From: Thermoplasmata archaeon
GTDB lineage: Archaea; Thermoplasmatota; Thermoplasmata; Lutacidiplasmatales; UBA184
Reading direction: 5' to 3'
DNA: 64,000 nucleotides
Assembly: GCA_035502475.1 (NCBI GenBank)
Contig: DATJUJ010000030.1
Location: 2,343 to 66,342 of the forward strand
How positions within the stretch are numbered: position 1 is the stretch's first letter; each line of letters opens with the position of its first letter. A program made the position numbers and the translations under genes. Shown here one piece after another: positions 9,390-17,837 of the stretch. Under the pieces are notes generated by a model that did not search any database, was not told the origin of the DNA, and saw only the letters and a list, made by a program, of their open reading frames with translations.

Positions 9390-10727
9390 TCAGTGCGGGA
9401 CCGGAGCGAGGTCCGCCTTCGTGAAGATCCGCAGGGGCTCCGGGATCTTCCCGACGGGACCGAGCCGGGTCGCGACCACGGTGCCGATCCCCTTCTCCTG
9501 GGCGACGTCGAGGAGGCGCTGGCTCACGATCCCGTCGAAGACGATCGCCTTCGCGGGGACCTGCAGCGCCGTCAGCGCGTCGATCATCTCCTTCACGGGG
9601 GCCTCGCCGACGACCGCTTCGTTCTCGCCCACGAAGAGCGAGCGCGAGGAGCCCTCGACCTCGTTGAGGAGCTCGAAGTAGCGGGCGAGGTCCGGCGGGA
9701 GCGGCACGGCCGCCGGGACCGGGGGCGGCGGGGGCGGAGGGCTGGGGGCCCGGGGTGGGGGCATCCGCTCGCGGTCCCGGTCGCGCTCGTCTCGGCGCGG
9801 TCCGCCGCCGCCGTTGCGCTCGTCGCGCCGGTCGGGGCGTCCGCCGGGGCCCTCGCCCCGTTCCTCGCGCGGTTCCCGCGTCGAGCCGGTCGACTCGAAC
9901 CCGCTCATCTCGAGGTACTGGTTGATCGGGATCTTGTTCCGCAGGCACTTCAGCAGCTGCTTCTGCGTGAGCTCCTCGACCTCGCTGCCGCGCGGGGCCC
10001 GCGCGACGAAGTCGATGTCCATCGTCTGGAGCATCTCGCGGAGGATCAGTTCGCCGGCCCGGTCGCCGTCGGTGAAGACGGTCACCGTCTTGCCGCGCGA
10101 GAGGTCCTTCACGGTCTGCGGGACGCTCGTCCCCTCGACCGCGATCACGTTCTTGATCCCGCAGCGCAGCAGGTTGAGCACGTCCGAGCGGCCCTCGACG
10201 ACGATCAGCGCGTCGGCCTGGTCGATGTTCGGACCGGCCGGGAGGTGCTCGGGTCCGTACGTCGTGATCTCGTCGACCTGGACGGCCTTGCGGACCGCCT
10301 CGGTGAGATCCAGCCCGACGCCCTTCGACTCCTCCTGGAGGTGTCCGAGGATCTCCTTCGCGCGCTCGACGACCTTCTGGCGCTTCGAGATCCGAATGTC
10401 CTCGACGCTCACGATCTCGATCTTGGCCCGGCACGGGCCGATCCGGTCGACGGTCTCGAGGCCGGAGGCGAGGATCGCCGTCTCGACCTGGTCGAGCGAC
10501 GACGGGATCAGGATCTCGCCCTCGCTCTTCCCCTTGCGGCTGTCGATCTCGACCTCGATCCGGCCGATGCGGCCGGACTTCTGGAGGTCGCGGAGATCGA
10601 GTTCGTCGCCGAGCAAGCCTTCGGTCTGTCCGAAGACCGCTCCGACGACGTCCGGCTTGTCGATGACGCCTTCGGCGGCGATGCGGGCTCGGATCTGGTA
10701 TTTCGCGGCACTGGGATCGTTGGTCAT
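9390..10727 (-). CDS. dnaG: Archaeal DnaG (TOPRIM; exosome-associated)
   Basis: DVVGAVFGQTEGLLG, GRIGRI, IVVEGRSDVLNL, FTDGDRAGE. Confidence 0.95.
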   Translation of the reverse strand: MTNDPSAAKYQIRARIAAEGVIDKPDVVGAVFGQTEGLLGDELDLRDLQKSGRIGRIEVEIDSRKGKSEGEILIPSSLDQVETAILASGLETVDRIGPCRAKIEIVSVEDIRISKRQKVVERAKEILGHLQEESKGVGLDLTEAVRKAVQVDEITTYGPEHLPAGPNIDQADALIVVEGRSDVLNLLRCGIKNVIAVEGTSVPQTVKDLSRGKTVTVFTDGDRAGELILREMLQTMDIDFVARAPRGSEVEELTQKQLLKCLRNKIPINQYLEMSGFESTGSTREPREERGEGPGGRPDRRDERNGGGGPRRDERDRDRERMPPPRAPSPPPPPPPVPAAVPLPPDLARYFELLNEVEGSSRSLFVGENEAVVGEAPVKEMIDALTALQVPAKAIVFDGIVSQRLLDVAQEKGIGTVVATRLGPVGKIPEPLRIFTKADLAPVPH

Positions 10728-10742
10728 GGTGGTGGTCTCCTT

Positions 10743-10915
10743 GGGGCGGAAACTCCCCGCGAACGGGGTCCCGAAGGGGACGGACTAGGCCGGTGCCGAG
10801 CCGCCGGGCGATGCGCGGAGCCTACGACAGGAGAGGGCAGGGAACATGAGTCGTGAGTCCGGATCTCCTGGCGACGTCGGGCCGAGCCCGTCCGTCCCCG
10901 GAGGGTTGTTTCCGA
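10743..10915 (-). other. Long structured putative 5' leader of dnaG
   Basis: TATA-like TTAAATA at ~10936-10942 on minus; nested inverted repeats 10776-10785/10890-10899 and 10825-10834/10864-10873; SD AAGGAG at 10737-10742. Confidence 0.45.
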
Positions 10916-11061
10916 TCGTTAGCAGCCGGGGGCGCTATTTAAGAGGGACCCCGCGCGCGGGGCCGCTCCCGGACCCCCCGTCCTCTCTCGGCGGCGCGCG
11001 TTCCTCTCGCCGCGACAGTCTTTATATCCGGCCCCCGTACGCCGCCTCGGAGCCCATCGCA

Positions 11062-11736
11062 ATGCCCCGTCGAGTTGCCCGCAAGGTGAACGAGGTACCC
11101 GAGCCCGGCACGCCCGCGCCCGAGCCGTCCCTCGCCGACGACCGGTTCGTGGACGAGCTGAAGGCCGACCTTGCGAAGACCCACGAGGAAGCCGGGGCCA
11201 AGACCGGCGAGGATCTCACGCACCATGCGGAGCTCAACAAGCGGCTCCTCCAGGACCTCTGGGAGGTCCACAACCAGTTCGAGGAGATCGGGGTCCACCT
11301 GACCATCGATCCCTCGCAGACGCTGTTCGCGACGTTCGCCGAGTACCCCGTCAAGTGGACGTTCAAGGAGAACTTCGACTTCGGCGCGGTCAAGACGGTC
11401 GAGCTGCTCGACCGAGCGACCGGATGGGTCGGGTTCACGCTCCGCTTCTGGTACTACCGTACCCCGGAGGGACGGTCCCGTCTGCGCGGGATCTTCGAGT
11501 GGTGCGACGGCGAGAGCTACCACCGCTACTCCGGCTGGATGCGCATGATGAGCCAGGCGGTCCTCTACGACGCGCCCGACGACGAGGTGGACGTCCGCGA
11601 GCTCCACCGGGTGCTCAAGGACATCGTCGTGCACTGGTACGGCGCCCACCTCGAGCGGACGCCCGAGACGTTCGTCGCGCACCTCAAGGAAAAGTACCCG
11701 AAGGGCGCCTCCTACGCGAAGGAATCGTACCGGTAG
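11062..11736 (+). CDS. Hypothetical soluble protein
   Basis: Strong GC3 codon bias and protein-like composition; TTTATA at 11021-11026 upstream. Confidence 0.8.
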   Translation: MPRRVARKVNEVPEPGTPAPEPSLADDRFVDELKADLAKTHEEAGAKTGEDLTHHAELNKRLLQDLWEVHNQFEEIGVHLTIDPSQTLFATFAEYPVKWTFKENFDFGAVKTVELLDRATGWVGFTLRFWYYRTPEGRSRLRGIFEWCDGESYHRYSGWMRMMSQAVLYDAPDDEVDVRELHRVLKDIVVHWYGAHLERTPETFVAHLKEKYPKGASYAKESYR

Positions 11737-11863
11737 GCCGGCCCGGCCCCCGCTCCGGTCGCCTTCGGTGCGCGAGCCTTGAAATAACCCGGGACTCCTC
11801 CCACCCGCCCGGGCGCGTGCGGGGCCCCGAGCCGTTCCCCCGCCAGTCCCGGTCGGAGCAAGC

Positions 11864-13378
11864 GTGGCCGGCGATCTGCGGGGGCATCTGGTCGCCTACT
11901 TCGAAGAGCAGCACAAGCTCGTGGAAGCCGGCGCCCTCCAGCTCCTCCTCGCCGCCCCGCAGCCGCTCGTCATCTCCCGCGAGGTCGTCGAGCGCGTCGG
12001 GCCGTCGTCGCCCATCGTGACCCGCGAGATCGTCGCCGCCGCGCTCGCGGAGCGGTTGACCGGGCGGGCCGTTCCCGCGCCCCCGACCCTCGCCGCGGCG
12101 GCGGACCCCGCGATCCGGCGCACCCCGTCCGCCCGGTTCGAGCTCGTGCGCGAGGGGTTCGCTGGGCCCCCGGTCGCGACGCAGCCGATCGCCGCGTACG
12201 CCGCCCTGTTCCAGTCCCGGTACCGGGCGCTCGCCCGGCTCCTCCGGGGCCGACCGCAGTTGGGGAACCTGCGCCCGATCCGCGAACTGCGGGCGACCGA
12301 AGGCGATGCGTCGGTGATCGGGATGGTCCGCGAGGTCCGCGAGACCCCGCAACGCCACCACCTGATCCTCACGCTGGACGACGAGTCGGGCTCGGTGGAG
12401 CTGCTCGTGCCCAAGGACTCCGCCGGCAGCCGGATCTCCTTCCTGCCCGACGAGGTCGTCGGCGCCCGCCTCCAGTTCGCCAAGGAGCCCGGGAAGATCC
12501 CCCGCGTGGTCGCGATCGAACGACCGGACGTCCCGCACGCCCGGTCCGTCGGGCGCGCCCCCGACGCGCACCGGGCGATCTTCCTCTCCGACCTCCACGT
12601 CGGCAGCCGATCGTTCCTGTCCGAACCGTGGGCGGAGCTCGTGGCGTTTCTGCGCGAGGAGGGACCGTATCCCGAGCTCGCCCGGTCGATCGACCACGTC
12701 GTGATCGCGGGCGACCTGGTGGACGGCATCGGCATCTATCCCCGGCAGGAGCGGGACCTCGCCATCCCGGACGTGGTCGAGCAGTACGCCGAGCTCGCGC
12801 GGCGCTTGGGGGAGTTGCCCGGGCGCCTCACGATCGTTGGGGTCCCCGGGAACCACGACGCCGTCTGCCCGGCGGAGCCGCAGCCCGCCCTCCCTGCCGG
12901 GCTCGCGGACGGGCTGCCGTCCAACGTGAGGATCCTCGCGAACCCGTCCACGTTCGCGCTCGACGGGGTGGTGATCGAGGCGTACCACGGGCGCAGCTTC
13001 GACGACCTGATCCCCGCGATCCCGGGCGCCTCCTACGCCCACCCCACGGAGGTGATGAAGCGGATGCTCCAGTGCCGGCACCTGGCGCCGATCTACGGGG
13101 ACCGCACGCCGCTCGCCCCGCTCCCGTACGACGGGCTGGTCATCGACCCCGTCCCCGACATCCTCGTGACCGGGCACGTCCACACCTACGGGGTGGACCG
13201 GTACCGCCAGGTTCTGCTGCTCAACGCCTCGACCTGGCAGGCGGAGACCGAGTACCAACGGATGCGCAACATCGCCCCGGTCCCGGCGCACACCGCGGTC
13301 GTGGACCTCGCGACGCTCGCCCTCGTCTCGCTCGACTTCGCCCACGGCCCCCCCGTCGTGGTGGAGGTCGGCGGTTGA
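11864..13378 (+). CDS. DNA polymerase D small subunit DP1 (proofreading exonuclease)
   Basis: OB fold plus calcineurin-like motifs SDLHVGS, AGDLVDGIGIYP, PGNHD, YHGRS, RHLAP, GHVH. Confidence 0.95.
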   Translation: MAGDLRGHLVAYFEEQHKLVEAGALQLLLAAPQPLVISREVVERVGPSSPIVTREIVAAALAERLTGRAVPAPPTLAAAADPAIRRTPSARFELVREGFAGPPVATQPIAAYAALFQSRYRALARLLRGRPQLGNLRPIRELRATEGDASVIGMVREVRETPQRHHLILTLDDESGSVELLVPKDSAGSRISFLPDEVVGARLQFAKEPGKIPRVVAIERPDVPHARSVGRAPDAHRAIFLSDLHVGSRSFLSEPWAELVAFLREEGPYPELARSIDHVVIAGDLVDGIGIYPRQERDLAIPDVVEQYAELARRLGELPGRLTIVGVPGNHDAVCPAEPQPALPAGLADGLPSNVRILANPSTFALDGVVIEAYHGRSFDDLIPAIPGASYAHPTEVMKRMLQCRHLAPIYGDRTPLAPLPYDGLVIDPVPDILVTGHVHTYGVDRYRQVLLLNASTWQAETEYQRMRNIAPVPAHTAVVDLATLALVSLDFAHGPPVVVEVGG

Positions 13379-13830
13379 CCCCGTACCCGCTCGACCCGGT
13401 CCGCGCCGTCGGCCCGATGCGCCTCGTGCTGACGAGCTACCCGACCCGCGAGGCCGCGCTCGCCGCGGCGCACGGGGCGGTCGAGCGACGCCTCGCCGCC
13501 TGCGCTCAGGTGATCGCGGCCGAGTCCCGGTATCGATGGCGCGGGCGGGTCGAGTCGGCCGCCGAGTCGATCGTGCTGTTCAAGACCGTCCCGAAGCGGG
13601 TCGGGGCGTTGTTCGCCTGGCTGCGGGCGGGCCACGCGTACGACGTCCCCGAGATCGTGGAGATCGACGTGCCGCGCGTCGACCCCGGCTACCTCCACTA
13701 CCTGGCCGCGACGCTGGACGCCTCGGCGGTCGCACCGCCGGCCGCCGCTAGGCGTCGGGCAGGACCGCGAGGCCCGGGAGCTCCCGGCCCTCGACGAACT
13801 CGAGCGCGGCCCCACCGCCCGTCGAGATGA
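13375..13830 (+). CDS. cutA: CutA divalent-cation tolerance protein
   Basis: VERRLAACAQV...SRYRWRGRVE...HAYDVPEIV; TTG start after GGAGGT (alternative ATG 13417). Confidence 0.85.
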   Translation: MTPYPLDPVRAVGPMRLVLTSYPTREAALAAAHGAVERRLAACAQVIAAESRYRWRGRVESAAESIVLFKTVPKRVGALFAWLRAGHAYDVPEIVEIDVPRVDPGYLHYLAATLDASAVAPPAAARRRAGPRGPGAPGPRRTRARPHRPSR

Positions 13831-14956
13831 ACTGGAAGCTCGCGGCGACCCCGAGGTCGGCCGCGATCCGGGCCGAGTCGCCCCCGGCCGCCACGTGATA
13901 CCCCGCGAGGCGGCCGAGGCCCGCCAGCACGTCGCGCGTCCCGGCCGCGAACCGCGGGTCCTCGGCGAGTCCGAGCGGACCGTTCCAGAAGACGGTCCGG
14001 GTCCCCCCGAGGAGGCGGAGGAACTCGGCCCGCGTGGCCGGCCCGATGTCCCGCGCGAGCGCGTCGGCGGGCACCTGCGAGACCGGGACGGTCATGGGCT
14101 CGGGGGCGCCGGGCCGCTCGACGACGAGATCGGTCGGCAGCGCGACCTGGGTCCCCGCCGCGGCTGCGGCCGCGAGGAATTCCGCGACGCGGGCCCCCTG
14201 GCCCGGCTCGACCGAGGTTGCGCCGAGGCCGTGGCCCTGGGCGGCCAGGAAGGGGAACGCGAGCGCCCCGCCGATGAGCACGCGGTCCGCGCGGCCGGAG
14301 AAGCTCGTGAGCAGCGGGAGCTTGTCGGCGACCTTGGCCCCGCCGACGACGACCCCGTACGGCCGGTCGGTCGCGTCGCGGAGGCGCGACAGCTCGCGGA
14401 CCTCCCGCTCGACGAGCAGTCCCGCGAACGCCGGGAGCCGCTTCGGGACCCCGACCGTCGACGCGTGGGCCCGGTGCACGGCCCCGAACGCGTCCTCGAC
14501 GAACAGCTCCCCCAGGCGGGCCAGTTGGGCCGCGAACGTGGGGTCGTTCGCTTCCTCGCCCGGGTGGAAGCGCAGGTTCTCGAGCAGGAGGAACTGCCCG
14601 TTCTCGAGCCGGGTCGAGAGCTCGAGGGCGTGGATGCCGACGACGTCGTCGGCGAGCGGGACGGGCTGGCCGAGCACGGCGCTGAGACGGTGCGCGACCG
14701 GGCGCAGCGAGAGCGCGGGGTCGCGCTTGCCGTCCGGACGGCCCAGGTGGGTCATGAGGATCGAGCGGGCCCCCGCGGCCCGGAGGTGGTCGAGGGTCGG
14801 CAGGGCCTCCCGGATCCGGCGGTCGTCGGCGATCGCGCCGTTCGGTCCCTGCGGGACGTTGAAGTCGACGCGCACCAGGACCCGACGTCCGCGAAGGGGG
14901 GCCGAGCCGATCCCGCGCTTCGCCTGCACGAGTGCCCCCGGAGCCGGCCGGCTCAA
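13748..14956 (-). CDS. pgk: Phosphoglycerate kinase
   Basis: RVDFNVP, THLGRP, LLENLRF, DAFGAVHRAHAS, GGAKVADK, STGGGA. Confidence 0.96.
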   Translation of the reverse strand: MSRPAPGALVQAKRGIGSAPLRGRRVLVRVDFNVPQGPNGAIADDRRIREALPTLDHLRAAGARSILMTHLGRPDGKRDPALSLRPVAHRLSAVLGQPVPLADDVVGIHALELSTRLENGQFLLLENLRFHPGEEANDPTFAAQLARLGELFVEDAFGAVHRAHASTVGVPKRLPAFAGLLVEREVRELSRLRDATDRPYGVVVGGAKVADKLPLLTSFSGRADRVLIGGALAFPFLAAQGHGLGATSVEPGQGARVAEFLAAAAAAGTQVALPTDLVVERPGAPEPMTVPVSQVPADALARDIGPATRAEFLRLLGGTRTVFWNGPLGLAEDPRFAAGTRDVLAGLGRLAGYHVAAGGDSARIAADLGVAASFQFISTGGGAALEFVEGRELPGLAVLPDA

Positions 14957-15891
14957 ATCGGTTGTGACGGCCGCCCGGTGCGGGCCTCCACGGCCGCGAT
15001 CACCGCCCGGGTGGCCGGCAGCTCGATCCCGTGCGCCGCGGCGGTCCGGAGGATCGCCCCCGAGATCGCGTCGATCTCCGTGGGTCGACCCCGGGCGAGG
15101 TCCTGGAGCATGCTCGACCGGTTCGTCGCCGTCGCGCGGGCGACCCGATCGAAGTCGGCCTCGAGCTCGCCGTCGGCGAGGTCAAAGCCCGCCGCCCGAG
15201 CTGCGCGCCCGGCCTCGTGGAGGAGCCGGAGCGCGTCGGCCCGCGCGGGCTCCTCCAGGAGCGCCCCGTTCGGCACGCCGCGCAGGGCCGTGATCGGGTT
15301 GATCGCCGCGTTGACGATCGCCTTGCGCCAGACCTCCCGCGCGAACCCGGCGACCGTGCGCACGGCGAGGTCGGTGCGCTCGAACAGCTCCAAGAAACGG
15401 GCCACCGGCCCGGCCGCCTCGCCCGCCTCCCGGGGGTCCGGCAGCAGGAGCTCGCCGCGCCCACCGCGCCGCACCACGCCGGGCGCCTCCCACGTGGAGG
15501 GGATCGAGTTGACGGCCCGCACCAGGTGCGCGTCGGGATCCGACCAGCCCCCGTGCCGCAGCGCCGCCCCGACGATCGGTTCGATGCCCAGCCCGTTCTG
15601 GGGCAGCAGCACGGGTCGCGGCGGCTCCCGGGCCAGCAACGCCGCCGCGTCGGCAAGGGAATAGGTTTTGACGGCCAGGACGGCGAGCTCCGCGTCCCCC
15701 GGAACGAGCGGCCCGACGGAGGCGGGCCGGACCGTGCGGGTGGCCGAGGGGCCCTCGAGTCGGATCCCCCGGTCCCGGATCGCCCCCACCGCTTCCCCTC
15801 GGGCGACCAGGGCCACCGAGTGGCCGGCGTCGGTCAACAGGGCGGTCAGCACGCAGCCGACCGCGCCGGCGCCGACGACCACCACGCGCAC
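14953..15891 (-). CDS. panE: 2-dehydropantoate 2-reductase
   Basis: GAGAVG, AVKTY, QNGLG, WRKAIVNAAINP, SSMLQD, TEIDAISG. Confidence 0.93.
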   Translation of the reverse strand: MRVVVVGAGAVGCVLTALLTDAGHSVALVARGEAVGAIRDRGIRLEGPSATRTVRPASVGPLVPGDAELAVLAVKTYSLADAAALLAREPPRPVLLPQNGLGIEPIVGAALRHGGWSDPDAHLVRAVNSIPSTWEAPGVVRRGGRGELLLPDPREAGEAAGPVARFLELFERTDLAVRTVAGFAREVWRKAIVNAAINPITALRGVPNGALLEEPARADALRLLHEAGRAARAAGFDLADGELEADFDRVARATATNRSSMLQDLARGRPTEIDAISGAILRTAAAHGIELPATRAVIAAVEARTGRPSQPI

Positions 15892-15904
15892 GGGCGCCGT
15901 CCCG

Positions 15905-16135
15905 TCAGCCGAGCCGGCGCACGAGATCGGAGAGCCCCGGGTTCTTGCCCCAATCCCGGCTCAGGAGGGCGAGGAGCTCCTCGTAGTAGCGGACCTGCTC
16001 CCGGGCCTGGCGGACCTTCTCGTCGAGGTACTGTTCCTCCCGGCGCAGCCGCGAGACCTCGCTCAGGACGTCGCGCTGGCTCTCGAGCAGCGATTCTTCC
16101 TTATCGGCCAGAGTAAGGGAAGCCCGTCGTGCCAC
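15905..16135 (-). CDS. Small coiled-coil protein
   Basis: 76 aa heptad-rich helix. Confidence 0.65.
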   Translation of the reverse strand: MARRASLTLADKEESLLESQRDVLSEVSRLRREEQYLDEKVRQAREQVRYYEELLALLSRDWGKNPGLSDLVRRLG

Positions 16136-16352
16136 GTTGCACCCCCACCGGCACCGAGGCCGGGTTCATGCTCATCACGGCGTCCCGGGTCGCGCGGAGC
16201 TTCGCGAGCTCGGTCTTGATGCGGCGGAGCCGGGTCTCGAGGCGGCGGCGCTTCTCGCGGATCTCCTCCAGCGAACGGCCGAGCATCTCCATCCGGTGGC
16301 GCCACTTGTCGCGCTCCCGAACGGTCTCCAGGACGGAGCTCACATCGACCAT
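16101..16352 (-). CDS. Small coiled-coil protein
   Basis: 83 aa from ATG 16352; heptads LEEIREKRRRLETRLRRIKTELAKL. Confidence 0.65.
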   Translation of the reverse strand: MVDVSSVLETVRERDKWRHRMEMLGRSLEEIREKRRRLETRLRRIKTELAKLRATRDAVMSMNPASVPVGVQRGTTGFPYSGR

Positions 16353-16468
16353 GGAGGACGGGAGACGGGACTGAAGTCGAATCAACCTTTCGGCCCAGCG
16401 GCGGCTCGACCCGGCGCGAGGGGGTACCGCTTTAGACCGGCCGGAGGTGGTGGCCGACGGGAAGTTCC

Positions 16469-17413
16469 ATGAGCGCCCTCGCGAAGATCGTCGTGCTCGG
16501 AGCCGGCAACGTGGGCGGGTCGCTCGCCCAGCGCCTCGCGGAGATGGACCTCGCGGCCGAGGTGGCGCTCCTCGACATCGTCGACGGGCTTCCGCAGGGG
16601 AAGGCGCTCGACATCCAGGAGTCCGCTCCGATCCTGGGGTTCTCGACCCGCGTCACGGGGTCGAACTCGCTGGACGCCCTCGCCGGCGCCGACGTGGTCG
16701 TGGAGACGGCGGGGCTCGCCCGCAAGCCGGGAATGAGCCGCTCGGACCTCCTCGAGAAGAACGCGGCGATCGTCAAGGGCCACGCGGAGGCGGTCCGGGC
16801 GAAGGCCCCGCAGTCGATCGTCCTCGTGGTCACGAACCCGGTCGACGTGATGACCTACTACTTCTGGAAGAAGAGCGGACTGCCCACGGCCCGCGTCTTC
16901 GGGGAGTCCGGGACCCTCGACACCGCCCGGTTCCGCACGTTCGTCGCGGACGCGCTCAAGGTCGCACCGCGCGACGTCACGGGCTTCGTCCTGGGGACGC
17001 ACGGCGACACGATGGTGCCGGTCCTCTCGCTGACGAGCGTCTCGGGCGTGCCCCTCGCGAAGCTCCTGCCGCCCGACCGCCTCCAGGCGATCGTCGAGCG
17101 GACGAAGCAGGGCGGGGGCGAGATCGTGGCCCTGCTCAAGAGCGGCAGCGCATTCTACGCCCCGTCGGCCTCCCAGGCCGAGCTGGTCCGCGCGATCGCG
17201 CGCGACGAGCATCGGCTCCTCCCGGCGGCGGTCCACCTGGACGGCCCGTTTGGGGAGCGCGACGTCTACCTCGGCGCCCCGGCGGTCGTCGGGCGCCAGG
17301 GCGTGGAGCGGGTCGTCGAGGTCGACCTCACGCCGGGCGAGTGGGACGCCTTCCGTACGAGCGCGAAGGCGGTCCGGGACGACCTCGCGATCCTCGCGAA
17401 GCTCCCCCCGTAG
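16469..17413 (+). CDS. mdh: Malate dehydrogenase (LDH-like)
   Basis: GAGNVG, GKALDI, ARKPGMSRSDL, VTNPVD, LDTARF, GTHGD. Confidence 0.95.
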   Translation: MSALAKIVVLGAGNVGGSLAQRLAEMDLAAEVALLDIVDGLPQGKALDIQESAPILGFSTRVTGSNSLDALAGADVVVETAGLARKPGMSRSDLLEKNAAIVKGHAEAVRAKAPQSIVLVVTNPVDVMTYYFWKKSGLPTARVFGESGTLDTARFRTFVADALKVAPRDVTGFVLGTHGDTMVPVLSLTSVSGVPLAKLLPPDRLQAIVERTKQGGGEIVALLKSGSAFYAPSASQAELVRAIARDEHRLLPAAVHLDGPFGERDVYLGAPAVVGRQGVERVVEVDLTPGEWDAFRTSAKAVRDDLAILAKLPP

Positions 17414-17426
17414 GGAGACCCGACCG

Positions 17427-17744
17427 ATGGCGGGGGAGGGCGCGACGAACCGGACGCCGGTCGAGGCGGTCGAGATCAAGCGACGCCTCGCGACCCTCCG
17501 CTATACGACCGACTCGAAGGAGCACGCGCACATCACGACGAAGCCCGCGATCTGCGCGCGCTGCCCCCACTCGTTCTGCACGTTCGTCTGCCCCGCGAAG
17601 TGCTACGAGCGGATCGACGGCCGCCTCGTGTTCCGGTACGAGGACTGCATCGAGTGCGGCGCGTGCGACATCGCCTGCGACCAGGGGTCCGTGACGTGGA
17701 ACCTCCCCCGCGGGCCGTACGGCGTGCGCTACGCGTACGGCTAG
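17427..17744 (+). CDS. FixX-like ferredoxin
   Basis: CARC...CTFVCPAKCY and CIECGACDIAC; ends GVRYAYG. Confidence 0.88.
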   Translation: MAGEGATNRTPVEAVEIKRRLATLRYTTDSKEHAHITTKPAICARCPHSFCTFVCPAKCYERIDGRLVFRYEDCIECGACDIACDQGSVTWNLPRGPYGVRYAYG

Positions 17745-17837
17745 GGCGCGGGCGCCCCCCCGGGGCGACGGGCGCGTTCCAGTGAAGGCGCATCTTAAAG
17801 CGCCCCGCCGAGGGTCGCGCCCGGCGGAGCAGTCCCT

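Noticed and set aside
9700..9890. Arg/Asp/Pro low-complexity insert in DnaG
   Set aside because: A variable linker between TOPRIM and C-terminal domains is usual for archaeal DnaG
10743..10945. RNase P or SRP RNA (GGAAACTCC resembles the RNase P conserved region I)
   Set aside because: No matching 3' conserved region, no SRP helix 8 motif, and too short; kept only as a structured leader
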